Source: Anthoceros angustus
Lineage: Eukaryota; Plantae; Anthocerotophyta
Assembly (NCBI GenBank): GCA_010909165.1
Contig: VJWM01000186.1
Location: forward strand, 377,050 to 441,049
Reading direction: 5' to 3'
DNA: 64,000 bases
Shown here: in pieces, positions 25,335 through 39,525 of the stretch
Layout of the letters: every line of letters starts with the position of its first letter
Position numbering within the stretch: position 1 is the stretch's first letter
Position numbers and translations under genes: made by a program
The notes under the pieces: generated by a model
The model's input: the letters and a program-made list of their open reading frames with translations, nothing else
Told to the model about the DNA's origin: nothing
Database searches by the model: none

Positions 25335-25916
25335 GGTTGCTCTAAGTAAAGTATCTTTCTCTTGGTGTTGATGCGTCTTCTTGCGAGGCCCTTTGTGTGC
25401 CTTCTTGCTAGCGTGAGTCACGAGTCGGCGGTGCAGCTCGGGAGGCGATCAAGGTCTGGTGGCCGGACCCTAACGTGTGGTGGTGTGTGGGAAGGCGACC
25501 GGGACCCTTGCTCGTCTCGGCGGCGGCCGGCGTCGAGACGCGTGAGCGGAGGAACTCGGGAGGCGTGTAGAGCCGGACGGAGAGCCAGCGGAGGCGGCGG
25601 AGAGGTCCGGACCCGCCACCAGCGATTTTCCCAAGGATAATGTGAAGTGTGAATGGTGAGAGGAGCGGACCCGGAGGAGGCAGTGACAAACTTGAATGAC
25701 TGAGCAGGTCCTTAAGCGTTTAGCCACGCTTGAACTGTCCGATTGATATTCTGGTAGTTAGTCGTAAAAGCGATGAATGTGTGTGGGAGTCAGCGGGTAC
25801 TACATGAGGTGAGAAGCGATTGAAAGCGTGGTAGACCTATCATTCTCTTGGGAGCGGACCTCCTTACAACGACGGGATTGTGCGCGGTGGCCGTCGGTGA
25901 AAGTCGCGCCACATTT

Positions 25917-25933
25917 TGGCGCCGTTGCGGGAA
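25917..25933 (+). promoter_or_regulatory. Gypsy-A primer binding site (Athila-type, tRNA-Asp-like)
   Basis: TGGCGCCGTTGCGGGAA lies 3 nt after the LTR terminal CA. Confidence 0.85.
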
Positions 25934-25989
25934 TGAGATCGCTCCGTAGCTAGTGGGAAGGTAAGTGTGGATGCGTGGAGGGCGTGGTA

Positions 25990-28900
25990 GTCAAGAGCAG
26001 ATTCTTTGAGTGAGCCGGACGTTGTGACCAGCGCTCCAGCGTGACGTGAGCGGCAGCTCAACGTGAGCTCCGGCCAGCGAGTAACGGTAGACTTGTCGGA
26101 TCGTGAGGAGGAGCACAAGTCGAGGCGGCGATGGGGAGTGGTTCCTCAACCCCAGCTGGCGTGGCGATGCAACAACTCGACCAAAGCAAGCATACTCTCT
26201 CTTTGGAGAAGGAGAGCGGAAACCGTGGAGGATTTAGGTGTCTCGGGCCTTCAACGGAGAAGGTTCGGATCGCTCATCCGGTATTCGGGGGTCCTTGAGA
26301 AGGGGCATCGACCGGAGGAAGTACCGCCGCAGGCCCGACCTTGAGCATTGAAGGATGCCTTCTTGGAAAGATTCCGTGGGAATTGACCAAGAAGGCTAAA
26401 CTATCTAAGCTCGAGAATAGGCGAGGCAAGGCGGAGAAGTTGGGATCGTACATGAGCGGTTCTCTCGGGACGGCACCCCACCACCACCATGCACGGTGCA
26501 TGTTCGCGGCTTGCCCAAGCCAATGGCTAAGCACGTCTTGCTGTTTGGCGAGAAGGATGTGAGTAAGGCGGTCCGGTGAGACCTACGAGAATCGATGCAG
26601 CGAAGGGCGAGGCGCCTCAGGAGGAAGAAGAAAGAAGAAGCGGGGTCGAATCCGAGGATGAAGAGCCCTCGGGAAGGAGGAGAGAGGCGGTACCCGGAGG
26701 AAGGAGGAGGACTCAGAAGAAGAATCCGAGGATGCCATGGAGGAGGAGGGTAGAAGGAATAAGAAGAAAAAAGTGGTGTTAAGCGGAGGTCGAGAAGAAG
26801 GAGGTCGTGATGCGCGAGGTTCGCCTTTGAAAGAAGTAGCGGGGTTGAGGAAGATGCAGGTAATGAAGAGGGTGGAAGAATTGACGATCAACGGTGAAGG
26901 ATAGAAACGGCGAAGGCGGCCACCACGTTCGGACCCATCTATGGTGTGCGGTGTGCCAGCATGGGCATTCAAAGCTAGCGCCCCTCGGACCCGTAAACCA
27001 AGTGGAGTGACTACGGGAAGAGTCAGGAGGCGGTGGGAGGCGCCAAGTGCGAGGCGCGCGAGCGGTATCGATGTACCCTACGGCGGACCATCCATGCATC
27101 GACCCGTGCACATAAGGCCTCAGAATTCTCCGAGGCGGTGGTCTGTTGTGGGAACCAGGCACTACTCCAATGTGCCCATACCCCACTCGGCAAAGGGGGA
27201 TTTTGAGCCTTTGTGTGGGGATTGCAAGCCCGGGGACATGGCGGGCGGTACCAGAACCCTCGCTCGAGGGCGGTGCGCTATCGCCACCCGGTGAGGCCGA
27301 CCCCCCACCCTCTCCCTAAGGCGCGGTGCTACTGATTGAAGATGCACGGTGGCGGAGTGGGAAGGCGCCAAGGAACTTGGGGGCGGTGGTACGCGGTTGC
27401 TAAGGAGGAGAAGGTAGACACTGGAGGTGCAGGTGTCAACGGCCGGAAGGAGGCGAAAGGAGAAGGCGGTTAAGAGGAAGAAGAATGGAGAGCACCACGG
27501 ATACGGAGGGCGGGACTCGAAGGAGGAAACCAGCCAGGAAGGCGAGTTGAATCGAGGCTGCTCAGAGGAATCACCGAAGAAACCTCCAGCGATAGTAGAA
27601 GAGCGGACCCACCACCGTTTCCACGGATGTGGTTCGTGAAGTGGCGGAGATGCTTGAGGAGGAGATCCGGCGGGAGTGGTGGCCACCACGCAGGCGGTGG
27701 CGGGCGCTAGAAGAATCACAGCGGACACGACTCGTGAAGAGCCGCCACGCCTTCAAGGTGGGCGGCTTGATGATGGACCAACACACAGGTGTCACTCAGG
27801 CAGTTGTTAGAGACAATCCAGTATCGGCAGTCGGAGGGCCATCAAGGAGACACAACCACGCCGAAACGCCTCGGGTCGTAGGACCAAGAACGTGGAGGTA
27901 AGAGTGGTATCTCATACGGACCCCGGAGCGCCGGTGGTTCAGGTAGAAATCGCTGGGTGCGTGATTAAACGTACCCCTGGACACCGGTCAGGAGTCAACC
28001 TCATCACGGAGGCCACAGCAAGGCGGTTAGGGTTCACAGCATTTGAGCCATCCACCAAAACCCTCAGGATGGCGGACATGTATCACGGCCAGCGGCGGAG
28101 TTGTCCGAGTCAAGCAACCATAGCGGGGCACCTACACATTGGACTTCGTGGTCATCAAGCCCGGGACCTCGGGGTGAGTCTTGTTGGGGCGTCCACAGGC
28201 TGGGACTCGCTCGGACAAAACTACACTTGGGAAGGAGATACACTTCAAACCACGGGATCGAAGGTAAGGAAGGTGGCGATCACAGGCAAGGACACATCTG
28301 CGAAACCGTAAGCACCACAGGGTACACCTCCGCGAAGGCGTGGGGACGATGAGCGCTGATGATGACTACCCTTTCCAAAAATCTGTGGTCGAAGAAGAGA
28401 TGGACTACGGAGAGGACACTTTTGGGCGGAGGTGGTCAATTGTTCAGTGGAGGCGCGCCTAGCCGGAGGGCGAGGGCAGGAGGAGACCCAGCGAGAGGGG
28501 GATGGAGGACCCCGTGACCAGGTTTACCTCAGACGAGCTTTTCGAGAGTGGGGATGCGTGAGGATGAACCTCGGATGGAGGATGGCTTTGGGCGTAGCGA
28601 GGAAAGGGAGGCGGTCAATCGGCGATGTGGAAGGCGTGGAGGTCCGGGAAAATTCCTAAAATTCCGCAGGAGGTATGCAGTGAGTTGAGCGAGACCTCAC
28701 CGATTGTTGGGGAATTCAGTGTTTGCTTTCAAGGTCACGGATATGAAGGCATTCCAAGCGATGGGCGAACACGGATAGACACGAAGCCGAGGCGGTGCTG
28801 TTCGGATTCGACGGTATGCGAATCCAAACACTCGCTCAAGGTCAAGGAGGTCTGGACAAATATTTGGAGGCGGACATCATCTTTCCAATCGTAAGCAAAT

Positions 28901-29497
28901 GGGTAGCACCCATTGTCGTCATGAAAGCGGCAAAGGCGGATCCGTGTCTTCGAGTTGGAGGAAACTCAACGCTCGAGAAGGACCATTTCCCCATGCCCTT
29001 CGTGGACGACATCTTGGACAAGGTGGGCGGGTGATGCCTCCTTCTTGGATGGATACTCGGCTACAACCAATTGCACCTAATTGAGATTTGGGATAAGACA
29101 ACGTTCACCGGAGTGGGGCGTTTGCTAGCCAAGCGCCTTTGGGATAACGGGGCACCGGATCATTCATGCGGATGGTGACCAACGTCTTGAGGATTTTCGA
29201 GGGACTTCATGGGTATTCTTGGGCGACTTTTGCGTACATGGAGAGGAAGACAAACACGTTGGGCACTGCGGAAGTGCTTGGGCGTTGTAAGGAAACCCGG
29301 TACATCCATCAGGAATGCTACTTTGGAATGAGGAGGGAATCCTGGGACACCGTGTAGCGAGATAGAGGTGGACCAAAGATAAGGTCGGGGTCATTCCGGT
29401 CTGCACCGCACGATGAAGAGCTGCGAGGATTCCGGCATGGTGGGTTATTACAGGCGGTTCATCCGAGGACTTACATAAAAGCGACGCCAAGCCTAAC
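25990..29497 (+). pseudogene. Gypsy-A gag-protease-RT (degenerate)
   Basis: LKDAFLERF-like gag, CGDCKPG zinc-knuckle remnant (~27210), PVVQVEIAGCVIK..SGVNLITEATARRLGF protease, LDKYLEADIIFPI..KDHFPMPFVDDILDKVGG RT. Confidence 0.88.
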
Positions 29498-29593
29498 TAT
29501 TGAATAGGTGTTCTCATTAGGGTTTGATATTACTAGATATATGTAGACAGCATATAGATTTATTTTAACACCCTTTCATTAGGGTTACGCCCT
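29498..29593 (+). repeat. Copia-2 5' LTR, left part
   Basis: TATTGAATAGGTGTT...CATTAGGGTT matches 50955-51050. Confidence 0.88.
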
Positions 29594-32500
29594 TGTAAAT
29601 GACTTTTCTTGATAGCCAGCGCGCACAATCCGTGTCGTTGTAGGAAGAAGTCCGTTCCCAAAGGGAATGATAGGCCCGTTTACGCGTTTGGTGATTCTTA
29701 CCGTCCTTAGCGCTCGTTCGGTCTCAACACACACTCTAACTACTCTGGCGTTCACTCGGGGTATGGCCAAGCGTTTGAGACCCGTTCGCGTCCGTATCGT
29801 TCACACATCCTTCACGCATCCGGTCCTTTCCTCTCTCCTCTCACGCTACACTCTTGATCTTAGAAAACAGCGATTCTGTGATCGGACCTCCTCCGTCGTT
29901 CCGGGCCTCTCGTCCGGGCTCTACACACCCTCCGGAGTTCCTCCGGCTCACGCGTTCGATCCGTTCGGTGTCGGACGCGGCTCGGGACACGGATCACGAT
30001 CACCCTTCCCAGCACACACACCACAGCAGCGTTAAGTCCGTCACGGGACCTTGATCAATCTCCCGGGTACATCGTGCTCGGTGACTCGGGACTCACGTTA
30101 GCAGAAGACTCACAAAGTGCGCAGCAGCGGCATCAACACCAAGAAAGATGCTTTACTAGGCGACCTCGGCCCTCTTATCTGCGCCCAAGGTGGCGTCTTT
30201 ATTACACCCCTATTACGGTGATAGCCTCGGTATACCCTAATCGACGCCTACCCTATCCCCCTATCTCCTTCATGGCTGGGAAGGTCCACAGGCCCGCCTC
30301 GGAATGGGTGGTCAATCCCCGTCACAGCGGTTGTGGTGCACCCAATCGGATGATCCGTGAGGCGGGCCCCTCCTCTCCCGGAATCATCGGGTTGGGCTCT
30401 GGCGGTCGACAACCGCCCGTTACCACGGCGTCATCCTCCTGGCCCCTCCACAGGTCCTTGGGGGTGGGGCCACCGGCTATCGGCTCCCCTAAGCGTAAGT
30501 CGAAGGGGCTCCTCCTTCTTGCCGCAGCCCGGTCCTCGAGGTCTGTCTCGACTCACGAACTTGAGTCGGCTTATTCAGGTCCGGCCCGGCTAGGTCCGAC
30601 CTTGTCAGGTCCGGACCTCGGTCGGTTGTCGGTCCGGACTTGGTCGGACTTATTAGGTCCGGACTTGAGTCCGGACTTCTTAGTCCGGACTTGAGGTCCC
30701 TCAGTCGGACAAAGTCAGGACTCCTCCGGGTTTCCTCCCTCACGGGACTCCTCCGTGGCTCTCCTCGAAGTCCTCAGCTCCCGATCGCCCGTGGCTCGCC
30801 GTTGGCCCCTCCTTCCATGGTGAGGTGCGGGGTGCTTACCTCGATCGCATCCGCGCTCCCTCGTTCTGCTCCTCGGTTGCTCCTCTCGCGCTCCGTCATC
30901 TCAAGCAGGGGCCACTAGGGTCCCTGTCTTTGTCCCGTGGCCTTCATCTCCTTGAGCCTTCCGGTCCGTCCCGTTTGCGGCCGTCGAGGCTTCTCGCCTT
31001 GAGCTCGTGGTAATAGGCAAAGTCAGATCGACTTGTTGAATTGCCTCTTCCACGTGTGCGGGCACCGATACTCCCTCGCCATAAGTGTTCGGAGGTCTTT
31101 GCCCGGCTTGTTGGGCCACCTCTCCCCAGTTGTGGTGGGGCCGGGCTGTATCACGAGGCTACAAGGCCTCGGTCACCTCCTGCAATGTTGCTCACTGCTC
31201 CGGCTCCGTCGTTTCCTTTGCCATGCTTACCGCCGCCAGCGGCGTTCCCTTCCGCCTTTCTCGGTGGACCAGCGGCTTCTTTTACGCTTCCGGTGCTCGC
31301 GCTCCGTTCATTACGGCCTTTAGCTCATGACTCCTCTCAGCGGTGAGATACCTCCGTCCGACTCGGACTTCCTCCGGCTCATACAGCAGCGTCCAACTCC
31401 TTGGATAGTCGCCGATTTTCCTCCGTCTTGAGACGGGCGGGCACTCTTTTGTGCTCGGTCGTGGATTCTCTCGTTGAGAATCACTGCGCTCAAGCGCATC
31501 TTGGGTTGTAGCTCCAGTGTCCTTGTCCTCCATCTGCTGCCGCCTCCTTCTACCTCCTGCGGTGTACTCGGAGATCCCTATCTCCCGTCGGCCTCCATCT
31601 CCTCCATGGCCTTTGTCGCCTTGAGTTAGCCTCGGTGCCTGTGACTCTCTCCACGGTTCGATCACGTCATGTGATCCGGTCGCTCTTTCGCGGCTTCCGC
31701 CGCCGCCTTTACAGGCCTCGCCCACTTGGCGGCTCTGGGCCGCCTCCGAGTCCCGAGCTCTCTGCTTGTGCCGGGCCTCTTGCCTCTGCTGCGCTTCCCT
31801 CTTACGCAAGGTCCTCCGCGCTTGGCCTCCCAGGCTTGCTTGTTTGCCAGTGAAGAACCTTAACCCGATCTGTGAACCGGGCCTCGCGCTCCGCCACCGG
31901 CGTTTCCCCTCGATCCGGCGAGGGACTCCGCCTTTCCTTTGCCCCTCGGCCGCCTTCACTTGCTCTTGGGTTCCACCATCCTCCTCGGGTGGCCTCCACT
32001 TCACAGGTCTTCTCCATGTACCGAGACCCCAAAGCATTCCGTCCATGGCGGTAGCATTCGCCGTGTTTCTTCCACGGCCGGTGAGGCCCCACAAAGTCCG
32101 TAGTGGGAGCCGGCATTTCTCGATCAAGGACCTCCATACCGATCCGAGTAAGTCGGGGGGGTTCTCGGACCTAATCGGGACCCTCGGGTCACGAGTGGTG
32201 GTCGAGTCTCACCCTCTTGGCCCTCTTGGCCTCTAACTCCTTTGTGCCCTCTTTCTCCACAGGGCTCGGAGGAGGTGAGGGGTCGGGAGCAAGCTCTTTT
32301 GCCCCTTCACAGCCGGGGGCAGGGGGCTCGAGGTGGGGCTGCCCGGTGACCTCCTGCTCCTTGGGCCACGTCCTTCGCCCTCCTTACGCCTCTTGACCTC
32401 TTGCCACTCAGGGGCGGGGGTAAGTCACTTAGTCTTTGCGTTGGTAAGCGGCACCGTCTTCGCCTCTTGCTCCCGGAGTTCGTCGGGGCTCGGTGTCGTT

Positions 32501-33980
32501 GTTGGTTTGTTACCGGTGCCGGGGCCATAGCCCTCGCATCGGCTCCCTCTGTCCTGCTCGGAGGGCACCAAAAGGAGGAAGGGAATCGCCTCCCAAACTT
32601 CCACAGGTGGTGAGGGGTTCGCTCGGCGTAGTCAGGAATCCCTCGTCCTCCTCCTCCGAGTCTTGGTCTTGAAGGGCGACCCCCACCTCAGGCGCCCTTG
32701 CACGCTCTACAGCGGGGCCTCCGGCCCCGCCGGGCGCCCGCTCAAGCTCTCCTCCTTGAGCTCGAAATGTCCCCATACATGAATCGGGTATGGGGTCGGC
32801 CGATGGCGAGGCTTCGCTCCTTAGCTTGCCTCCTGAACCGGGCGAAGATAATCCTTCCCAGTCGCTCTCTTCCCCTGGGCGCATGCGAGAATACCAGCAG
32901 TTATCACCAAGGTGATCCACCTTGGTGGCGAGTTCAATGGACAATGATCCGGGCTACCGCCCTTACTCGGCATCCGGCGGATCGGATATCAACCATCCGT
33001 TGGTTGTCGCTGCGTTCGAGCCTCGGCCGCGGCGTGGGCCCTATCTTCCCCTTCGCCTTAAGGGGCTCGCACACGCCCCTTCTTCCTCCTTGGCGGTTGT
33101 AGGCCATCCTCGGGACCTCAAGGTCCATCGCCTCGGGTCCTCCGGAGGTTCTTGGATCGGACCTCCTTGTTGATCGCCGCGGCATCTTCGGGCAAACTCC
33201 GGACTAGTAGCGTTGTCAAAGGTCGACCATTTGGAACACGTCCAGATGCCACTCCACCAATTCCCTGCTTCCTCCGGCCGGGGCCCGAAGTCCGGATAGC
33301 GCGGGTCACAATGTTTGCGCTCCACGAGGTCCATGGCTCCCAGACTTGGCTTTTGGGTGCCATTGCTTTCTCCTCCTCTCTTCTTTGGCTGGCGGCGGTC
33401 CGGCACGATGTTCCTCCTTCGCCCGCGTTGTTGCTCCAACCTTGACGGTGACGCTCTAAAGTGGCGCCCAAAAGCGCGAGCGGATTGCGGGCGCAAGGGT
33501 GAGGGTATGCGGAGGCGGCGAAATGACCTCCCTCCTTGGCGCGCTTGTGGAAGTGCTGGGCGGGCGCCTCTTCGTTGTCCGTAGCGCGAGTGCATGGCTT
33601 ACTCGACCCTACGCTTCCCGGCGCCGCGCGGCCGCGGGCGTGAATACCTGCCTGCGCCTCAGCAGGAGTCACAGCCTCTGCATGCCCGACCTCCACTCGG
33701 GGCCGTCCACGTGGCGCCGCCTCGTCATCCTCACGCCTCCGCTCCTAGGTTACTTTCCGCGTACTTATCCTATTTTGACTGGGTGGGTTCGGACTTATCC
33801 GTTACTCGGCGTAGTCGGAGCTTGCCATAGTGGTGCAGGTCCGTTGTTCACTCAGTCGGAGTATACTCGAGCCTCGTCCGGCGCTACCCCAATTTATTCC
33901 TCCTTTTCCGCCTTATTTATCCTTCAATCCTAAAAAGCGAAACCCTACTTATTTCTTAACTCCCGAGTGCATAGCCCACA
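29594..33980 (-). repeat. Gypsy-B 3' LTR (4387 bp)
   Basis: Colinear with 39526-44177. It begins TGTGGGCTATGCAC right after the PPT. Confidence 0.9.
30715..33363 (-). pseudogene. LTR-embedded accessory ORF (Gypsy-B 3' LTR), frameshifted
   Basis: MAPKSQVWEPW, AINKEVRSKNLR, EDPRRWTL, VARIIVH, TKVDHLGDNCWY..ESDWEGL, then a coiled-coil-like region. The end is approximate. Confidence 0.7.
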
Positions 33981-33993
33981 TACTCCCTTCTCT
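33981..33993 (-). promoter_or_regulatory. Gypsy-B polypurine tract
   Basis: AGAGAAGGGAGTA immediately precedes the 3' LTR TG. Confidence 0.85.
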
Positions 33994-34019
33994 CATTGGC
34001 GTCTCCGCCAACACTATGA

Positions 34020-37000
34020 TACTTCTTCACCCGCCACCCGTTTACCGAGTGGGCAGCTCTCCATCTAGGCGCCGTGGACGGACCCGTTGTCATATACTTG
34101 CACCACTTAGTACGGACCCATCCATCTCGGTGAAGTTTGCGGAAAATGCATGTTGACTATCATAAAGGAGGGCGGTCCCTTCCTTTACATACTCACGATT
34201 CCATGATCGTGATCGTGCCAAATCTTTTGGTTTTGCACCTGCATCTTCAGGTGAGCTTCTTCCCATCCTCATGTCTTTGCACAAACCCCAAGAGTCGCTC
34301 GGTGGCTTTCCTCTTACGTCCCTTCCATCATTACTCGAAAAGTGGGCACTTCAAACTCTCGGCATTACGGAGAGTGTCGTAGGTCAAGTAAGGGTCCGTT
34401 GTGTGGTCACCTTCTCTGGTCCGGGCATACAGTCGGATGGACTTGGTATCCGATCATGGGCGTAGTTCACGTGAGTTTATTGATCTGCGGATGAGCCCAT
34501 TTGTCTTCTCTGTCCCCATTGGCCTTAGGATTGTAGGGTGCCGTCTTGCGATGATTGATGCGAAATACTCCGTCATGGCGGCCACCACATCATTAAGGAA
34601 ATGGGTTCCCCTATCACTTACCAAGCTGCGGACATCCGTGCGGGTTATGATGTTCTCGTCAGAATTTGGCCACGGTATTTGCGGAGTCCGTTCTTGCATA
34701 CCGCCTCTACCCACACAGTGCGATGGTCCGTTGCCACCGGGATGTATCTCCTTTGTGTGTGTCTTGTCGTGGTGTATGGGTCCAACAAAGTCAATACCCC
34801 ACTTTTCGAAGGTGCGGTGCCAATATCGGTACTAGCGGCCACGTGTCGTCGGGGTTGGCTTTCCGATCGGGACAAGCATCACACTTCTTCCTAAGCGGTG
34901 GGTGTCCCCATACATTGTTGGCCACCGGTATCCGCTTCAAAATCTTTTGGTGGTGACTGTCTTGCGTAGTGTCCACCCCAATCCTTCGTGCATTCCCTTG
35001 GGCTCCTGTCTGCGGTTGCAAGTACCTTCGTTCTACTCTCGGCCCTAATTTGAACACACACCGTTGTACATTGAAGGGTCGAGCATAGTGCGAATGCCTC
35101 CCTCATCCGAGTCGGTTGAGAGCTCCATTCCCAGTACCGCTCTATTTCTTCGTGGGTCGGACGACGGCGGCCCTCCTTCTCCGCACTAAGGCTGCCAGTT
35201 CTCGTAGCTTGGGGTTCGGTCGGTGGGCTCCTCGGTTGTACTACTGCGGCAACCAATGTCTCATCCAGGAGCGCATCTTCACGATCTCTCAACACACACT
35301 CTGTTTTCAATCGTGAAATCGCATTTTGGTCTTGCCTCCCTTGTCTTGTTTCCACTTGACGTGAACTCCTGCGGCAACAATATCCACCTTGCTATCCGTC
35401 CGGACGGTCCGTCTTATTCACCGGATGCTTGAGCAAAGTGGTCTACATAGAACACAAACTCCAGGTAGTAGGTAGTGTCGAATTTCTTGGACATATACCA
35501 TACCCGTGCTTGGCCTCTGTTGTGTATTTTCGTTCGCGTGGGTGGTATCGTAGTATACGGGATAATCCTTGTCGTCCTTCGGCCTCCGATAGCAAAGCGG
35601 ACACATCTACATACACATGAAATTTCTGCTCGATCCGGTCCTCTTAGGACGTGCGCCAAGGTGTTACGCCCGAAGGCCTCCTCTCGCTCCACACCGGTCC
35701 AAACCTCCTCCTTGATGATTACATCAACTTAGCGCCCTCGCAAAGTCCTTAATAAACCGGTAGTATCCCACCATTCGAAACCTCTCGGCTCCTTTAGGTT
35801 CGTGTTGGAGGCGGATGACCGGACCTTGTCTGGTCCACCTCGATTCCAGCGGCACCCGATGTCACAAGATTCCTCCTCATTCCAAAGTAGCATTTCTCGG
35901 GTGTAGGCTCAATTGAGTCTCCGGCGCTCAAGCACCTTCTTAGATGCCCAAGGTGTTTGTCACCTGCTCCCCATGCACACAAAATCATCCAGAATATCTC
36001 CATGAAGTCCCTCGAAGTCACGGAAGGCGTTGGTCACCATCGCATGAGCGACCACAGGCGCTCGGTCATCCCAAAGGCACTTCTCTTGTAGGCAAGCGTA
36101 CCCCACTCGTAGTGAAGGTCGTCCCGGTCAAACTCCCTTAGGTGCAATTGGTTATATCCGAGTAGCCATCCGAGGAAGGAGTAAGTAGTCCGTCCAACCA
36201 CCTTGTCCAAAATGTCGTCTGAATGGCATCGGAAGTGGTCCTTCTCCGTTCGTTGAGCTTCCTCAATCTTGGCATACCGAATTTGTCTGTTTCTTGGGAA
36301 CCACCACATAGCGACCCACTGACCACTCGCTGTTGGCGATGGGGAAAATGATGTCTGCCTCCGGTACTTATCAAGGACCTCCTTCACCTTGATCGAATAC
36401 TTGGGGTTGAGCTTGTATTGTCGGATTGGGGCACGCTCCACGGCTTCAAATCGATCTTATGCTCTCCCACTTCTTGAATGCCCTTCATGTCCGTGACCTT
36501 GAAGGCGAACACCTCATAAAACTCCCCAGCGCTTTAGTCCTTCCTTGGTCCGGAGGCATGCCTTTCTTAAACTTGAGAATTTTTGGCGGACCTCCACTTC
36601 TTCCACGTCGTCCGGGTTCACCGTCTCCGTTCCCTCGCTGCGTCCAAACCCCTCGTCCTCCTCTCGGGGATCGTCCTCGCATCCCCATTCTCTGAAGAGC
36701 TCGTCGGAGGTGAATCGTGTTACTCCTTGATGTCACTTTTCCTTGGTCCGACTCTTGTTGTCTCCCCTTGTCTTTGGTCCGACCTCCTCTTCACTTCCTT
36801 CCTCCGGCCCGTTGTGGCGTTTACTCAAAACAATCAATCACTTCCGCACCAAAGGCATCCACGGTAGTCCATCTCCTCCTCGGACCCGGATCTTGGCGAA
36901 AGTCGCCTCCTCGGAACTATCTTGTTCGTCGCCGTGGAGTCCTCCATATATACCCTTGTAGTGCTCACGGTTTCCACAATAGGTGTCCTTGCTCCGGTGA

Positions 37001-39400
37001 TAGCAACCTCCCTTCGCACCTTAGGGTCCCAGTCCACCGGCTTGAAGTGAATCTCCTTCCTTCCAAAGTGTAGCTTTGCAGGCCAACCCGACCATGGCCG
37101 CCCAACACCTCATACCCTAATGGTCCGGCGGTTTGATCACAACAAAATCCGGTTTGTAGGGTGCGCTATGGTGGCCAAGACTCGGTTAACTCCCCGCGGA
37201 TCTCTTCTTGACATATACGCCATTCTCGAGTCTTCGTTGAGGTTGAAGGATGTGAAGCCCAATTTTCGTGCGTGGCGGTGATGAGGTTGACTCGGACCCG
37301 TGTCCAGCAGTACATCCTTGATGATACATCCAATCTCCACTTGTACCACTGCTGGCAGGTCCGTATGGGACACCACCCTCACTTCAACTACCCTTCACGG
37401 CTTTGGTGCTCATGTGGGTTTCCCCTAACGGCCCGGACCTCTTGTCGGTATTTGGGTTATCCCTCGGTGTCGAGGAAAGGACTGGTCCGATTCATCATCG
37501 GTCCACATTAAAGGCGAGGCTTCTACCCCAATCGAGGATCCTGCTGCGTCCTCATCCTCTCCCGGGTCACCGTGTTACGGTATTCTCCGGATGCTTGCGC
37601 ATTTCCTCCTGCAACATCTCGGTCACCTCCCGGACTACGTCCGGTGGAAAACGTCGCCGTCGCGGGACCGTTCCTTCTCCACATCTGGAGAACTTCCTTG
37701 GGTAATCCCTCGCGAGCTGCCGTCCAGCCCTCCTTCATCGGTCGGATCCTCTGCTGGTATTTGGTTTGATTGCCTTCCTCGTGTGACGCTTCCGATCTTG
37801 TTCTTCTTCAAGCTGGCGCCTTTCTTCGCTCCTTCCTTGACTCTGATGACACCTCAAGATTTCCATGACTCCCTTCCTTTCACCCCACCGTACCTTCTTG
37901 TTCTTTTCCATCTCGCGTACCTCAGGAATCTCTTCCCACTCCATGGCCCAGAGCATCTTGACTTGCCGTCAGTGCGGTCTTAGGAGGTGGCGTTGGTGGT
38001 CGAGTTCTCCGCTTGGTGTGGCATATCGTACACGTCCTTGTCGGGGTTGGGACATAGCGTCTTGCTGTCATATGCCGGCCCTTGCATCGCCACCGGCTCG
38101 AAGTCCCCATTACCACCTCGTTGGAGTGCGGACACGCGTTGGAGTAATGGCGAGATTCCGTTCCAACGGACCACGGCCGTCGGAGGATACGAAGGGCTCC
38201 CATGCGGTCTTTGCATCGGTGGGGCCCGTTGTATTGGACCTCCGGTTGGCGGATACATGGTTTTGGGATATCGCGGCCCGGAGGGGCTTCACATGCACGA
38301 TAGGCCTCTTCCTCCTCGGCCTCCTCCTCGTATTCGTAGTCCACTTGATGCACGGCCTTGAGGCGGTTGGACTTCGAATGGCCGTGTTCTTGGCACCACG
38401 GCACACGCGTTCGCCGTGGTCGGTGTTTTCCGCGCTCGGTCCTTAACACAGTTTATCGCGGTCCTCTACTCTCTTTATCACTTTTCCGGGTCCTCCGCGG
38501 ACACCGCTACCTCCTTTGAGGGAGTCGGGTCCGGAGCTTCTCGGACGATCTTGGTGTCACCACCTCCTTCTTACCACCTTCTTTTTAGCGGGGCTTTCTT
38601 GCTCTTCTTCTTGCGGGATACTCTTCCTCGCTAGAGACCTCCGTCTCTTCTTGGACTGCTCCTCCTCCGAAGACACCTCCGATTGGTCTTCCTCCTCCTC
38701 ACGAAGACTCTTCCTCCTCGAGTCCCGAACCCCGTTTCTTCTTCTTCTTCTTGCCTCCTTGGATTTCTTTATCCTCGATGTAGCGATTCCTCGTAGTTTT
38801 CGGCCGCTCGACCGCCTTGCCACGTCCTTCTCGGCGGCGGGCGTGCACAGCCATGGGTTTGGCTAGACCGGCGCGAACCACCGTCCGCTTGCATCGTGGT
38901 ATGGGTTGGATGCCGATCCTCGGGCATAGAACCGCTCGATGTCTGAGCCCGCTTCTCCTTCTTCCTCGCTTGATTTTCCAACTTTGATAATACCTCCTGG
39001 TGATCCCTCGAAACCGTTCTAAGAAGGCATTTTCAAAGCTTCAAGCGAGGCGGGTGGGGCATTCTCCGGTGGTCGGTACTTTCTCCGATACCATTGAGCG
39101 GTCCTCGGAGAACCCCTTGGAAAAGCTGGATGAGCTCGACTCCCTCTCCGTTGAAGTTGGCTTTGGACGAAGTCCTCCACAAAGGTCTCGCATCCCGCTC
39201 CTTCTTCCCTCCGAATATGGAGTCGCTTGTTTGGTCGTAGGGGCCATGGCTGCGCCATCGATGGGTTAGGCGTGGCATCCTACCTTCTTCCGTTGGCGTC
39301 CCTCGTACCCGTGCTCTTGGTCCGATTCGACCACGTTCTCCCTCCTCGATCGGCGGTGCTCTCTCGTTGGGTTTGGCGTCTCTCCTCTCACGGCTCGGGA
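34020..39400 (-). pseudogene. Gypsy-B gag-pol (degenerate)
   Basis: Protease VQVEIGCIIKDVLLDTG, RT YKLNPKYSIKVKEVLDKY..DDILDKVVG, RH VYMSKKFDTTYYLEFVFYVDH and IN LVSDRGTHFLNDVV. Many frameshifts. Confidence 0.9.
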
Positions 39401-39510
39401 GGCACGCGAGGTGTCCGATCCTCCCACGGTTCACTCTTGGCCGTCGCTCGACCGCCACGCATTCACTTACCTTCTCTTCCTAAGGGCGCACTGCGGCCTG
39501 ACCGATTTCA

Positions 39511-39522
39511 TTCCCGGCGCCA
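39511..39522 (-). promoter_or_regulatory. Gypsy-B PBS (degenerate)
   Basis: TGGCGCCGGGAA lies 3 nt after the 5' LTR CA. It is the Gypsy-A PBS with a short deletion. Confidence 0.75.
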
Positions 39523-39525
39523 AAA

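Larger units (their letters stand above)
21588..25913 (+). repeat. Gypsy-A 5' LTR (~4.3 kb)
   Basis: Colinear with the Gypsy-B LTRs. It ends ...GCCACA directly before the PBS. The start is approximate. Confidence 0.8.

Noticed and set aside
30715-33363. Calling the LTR-embedded ORF a true retroviral envelope
   Set aside because: No signal peptide or transmembrane segment is evident in the readable fragments, so it is called accessory only.
34020-39400. Programmed frameshifting or recoding in Gypsy gag-pol
   Set aside because: Frameshifts are numerous, differ between copies and often fall in homopolymers, which fits decay or sequencing error.
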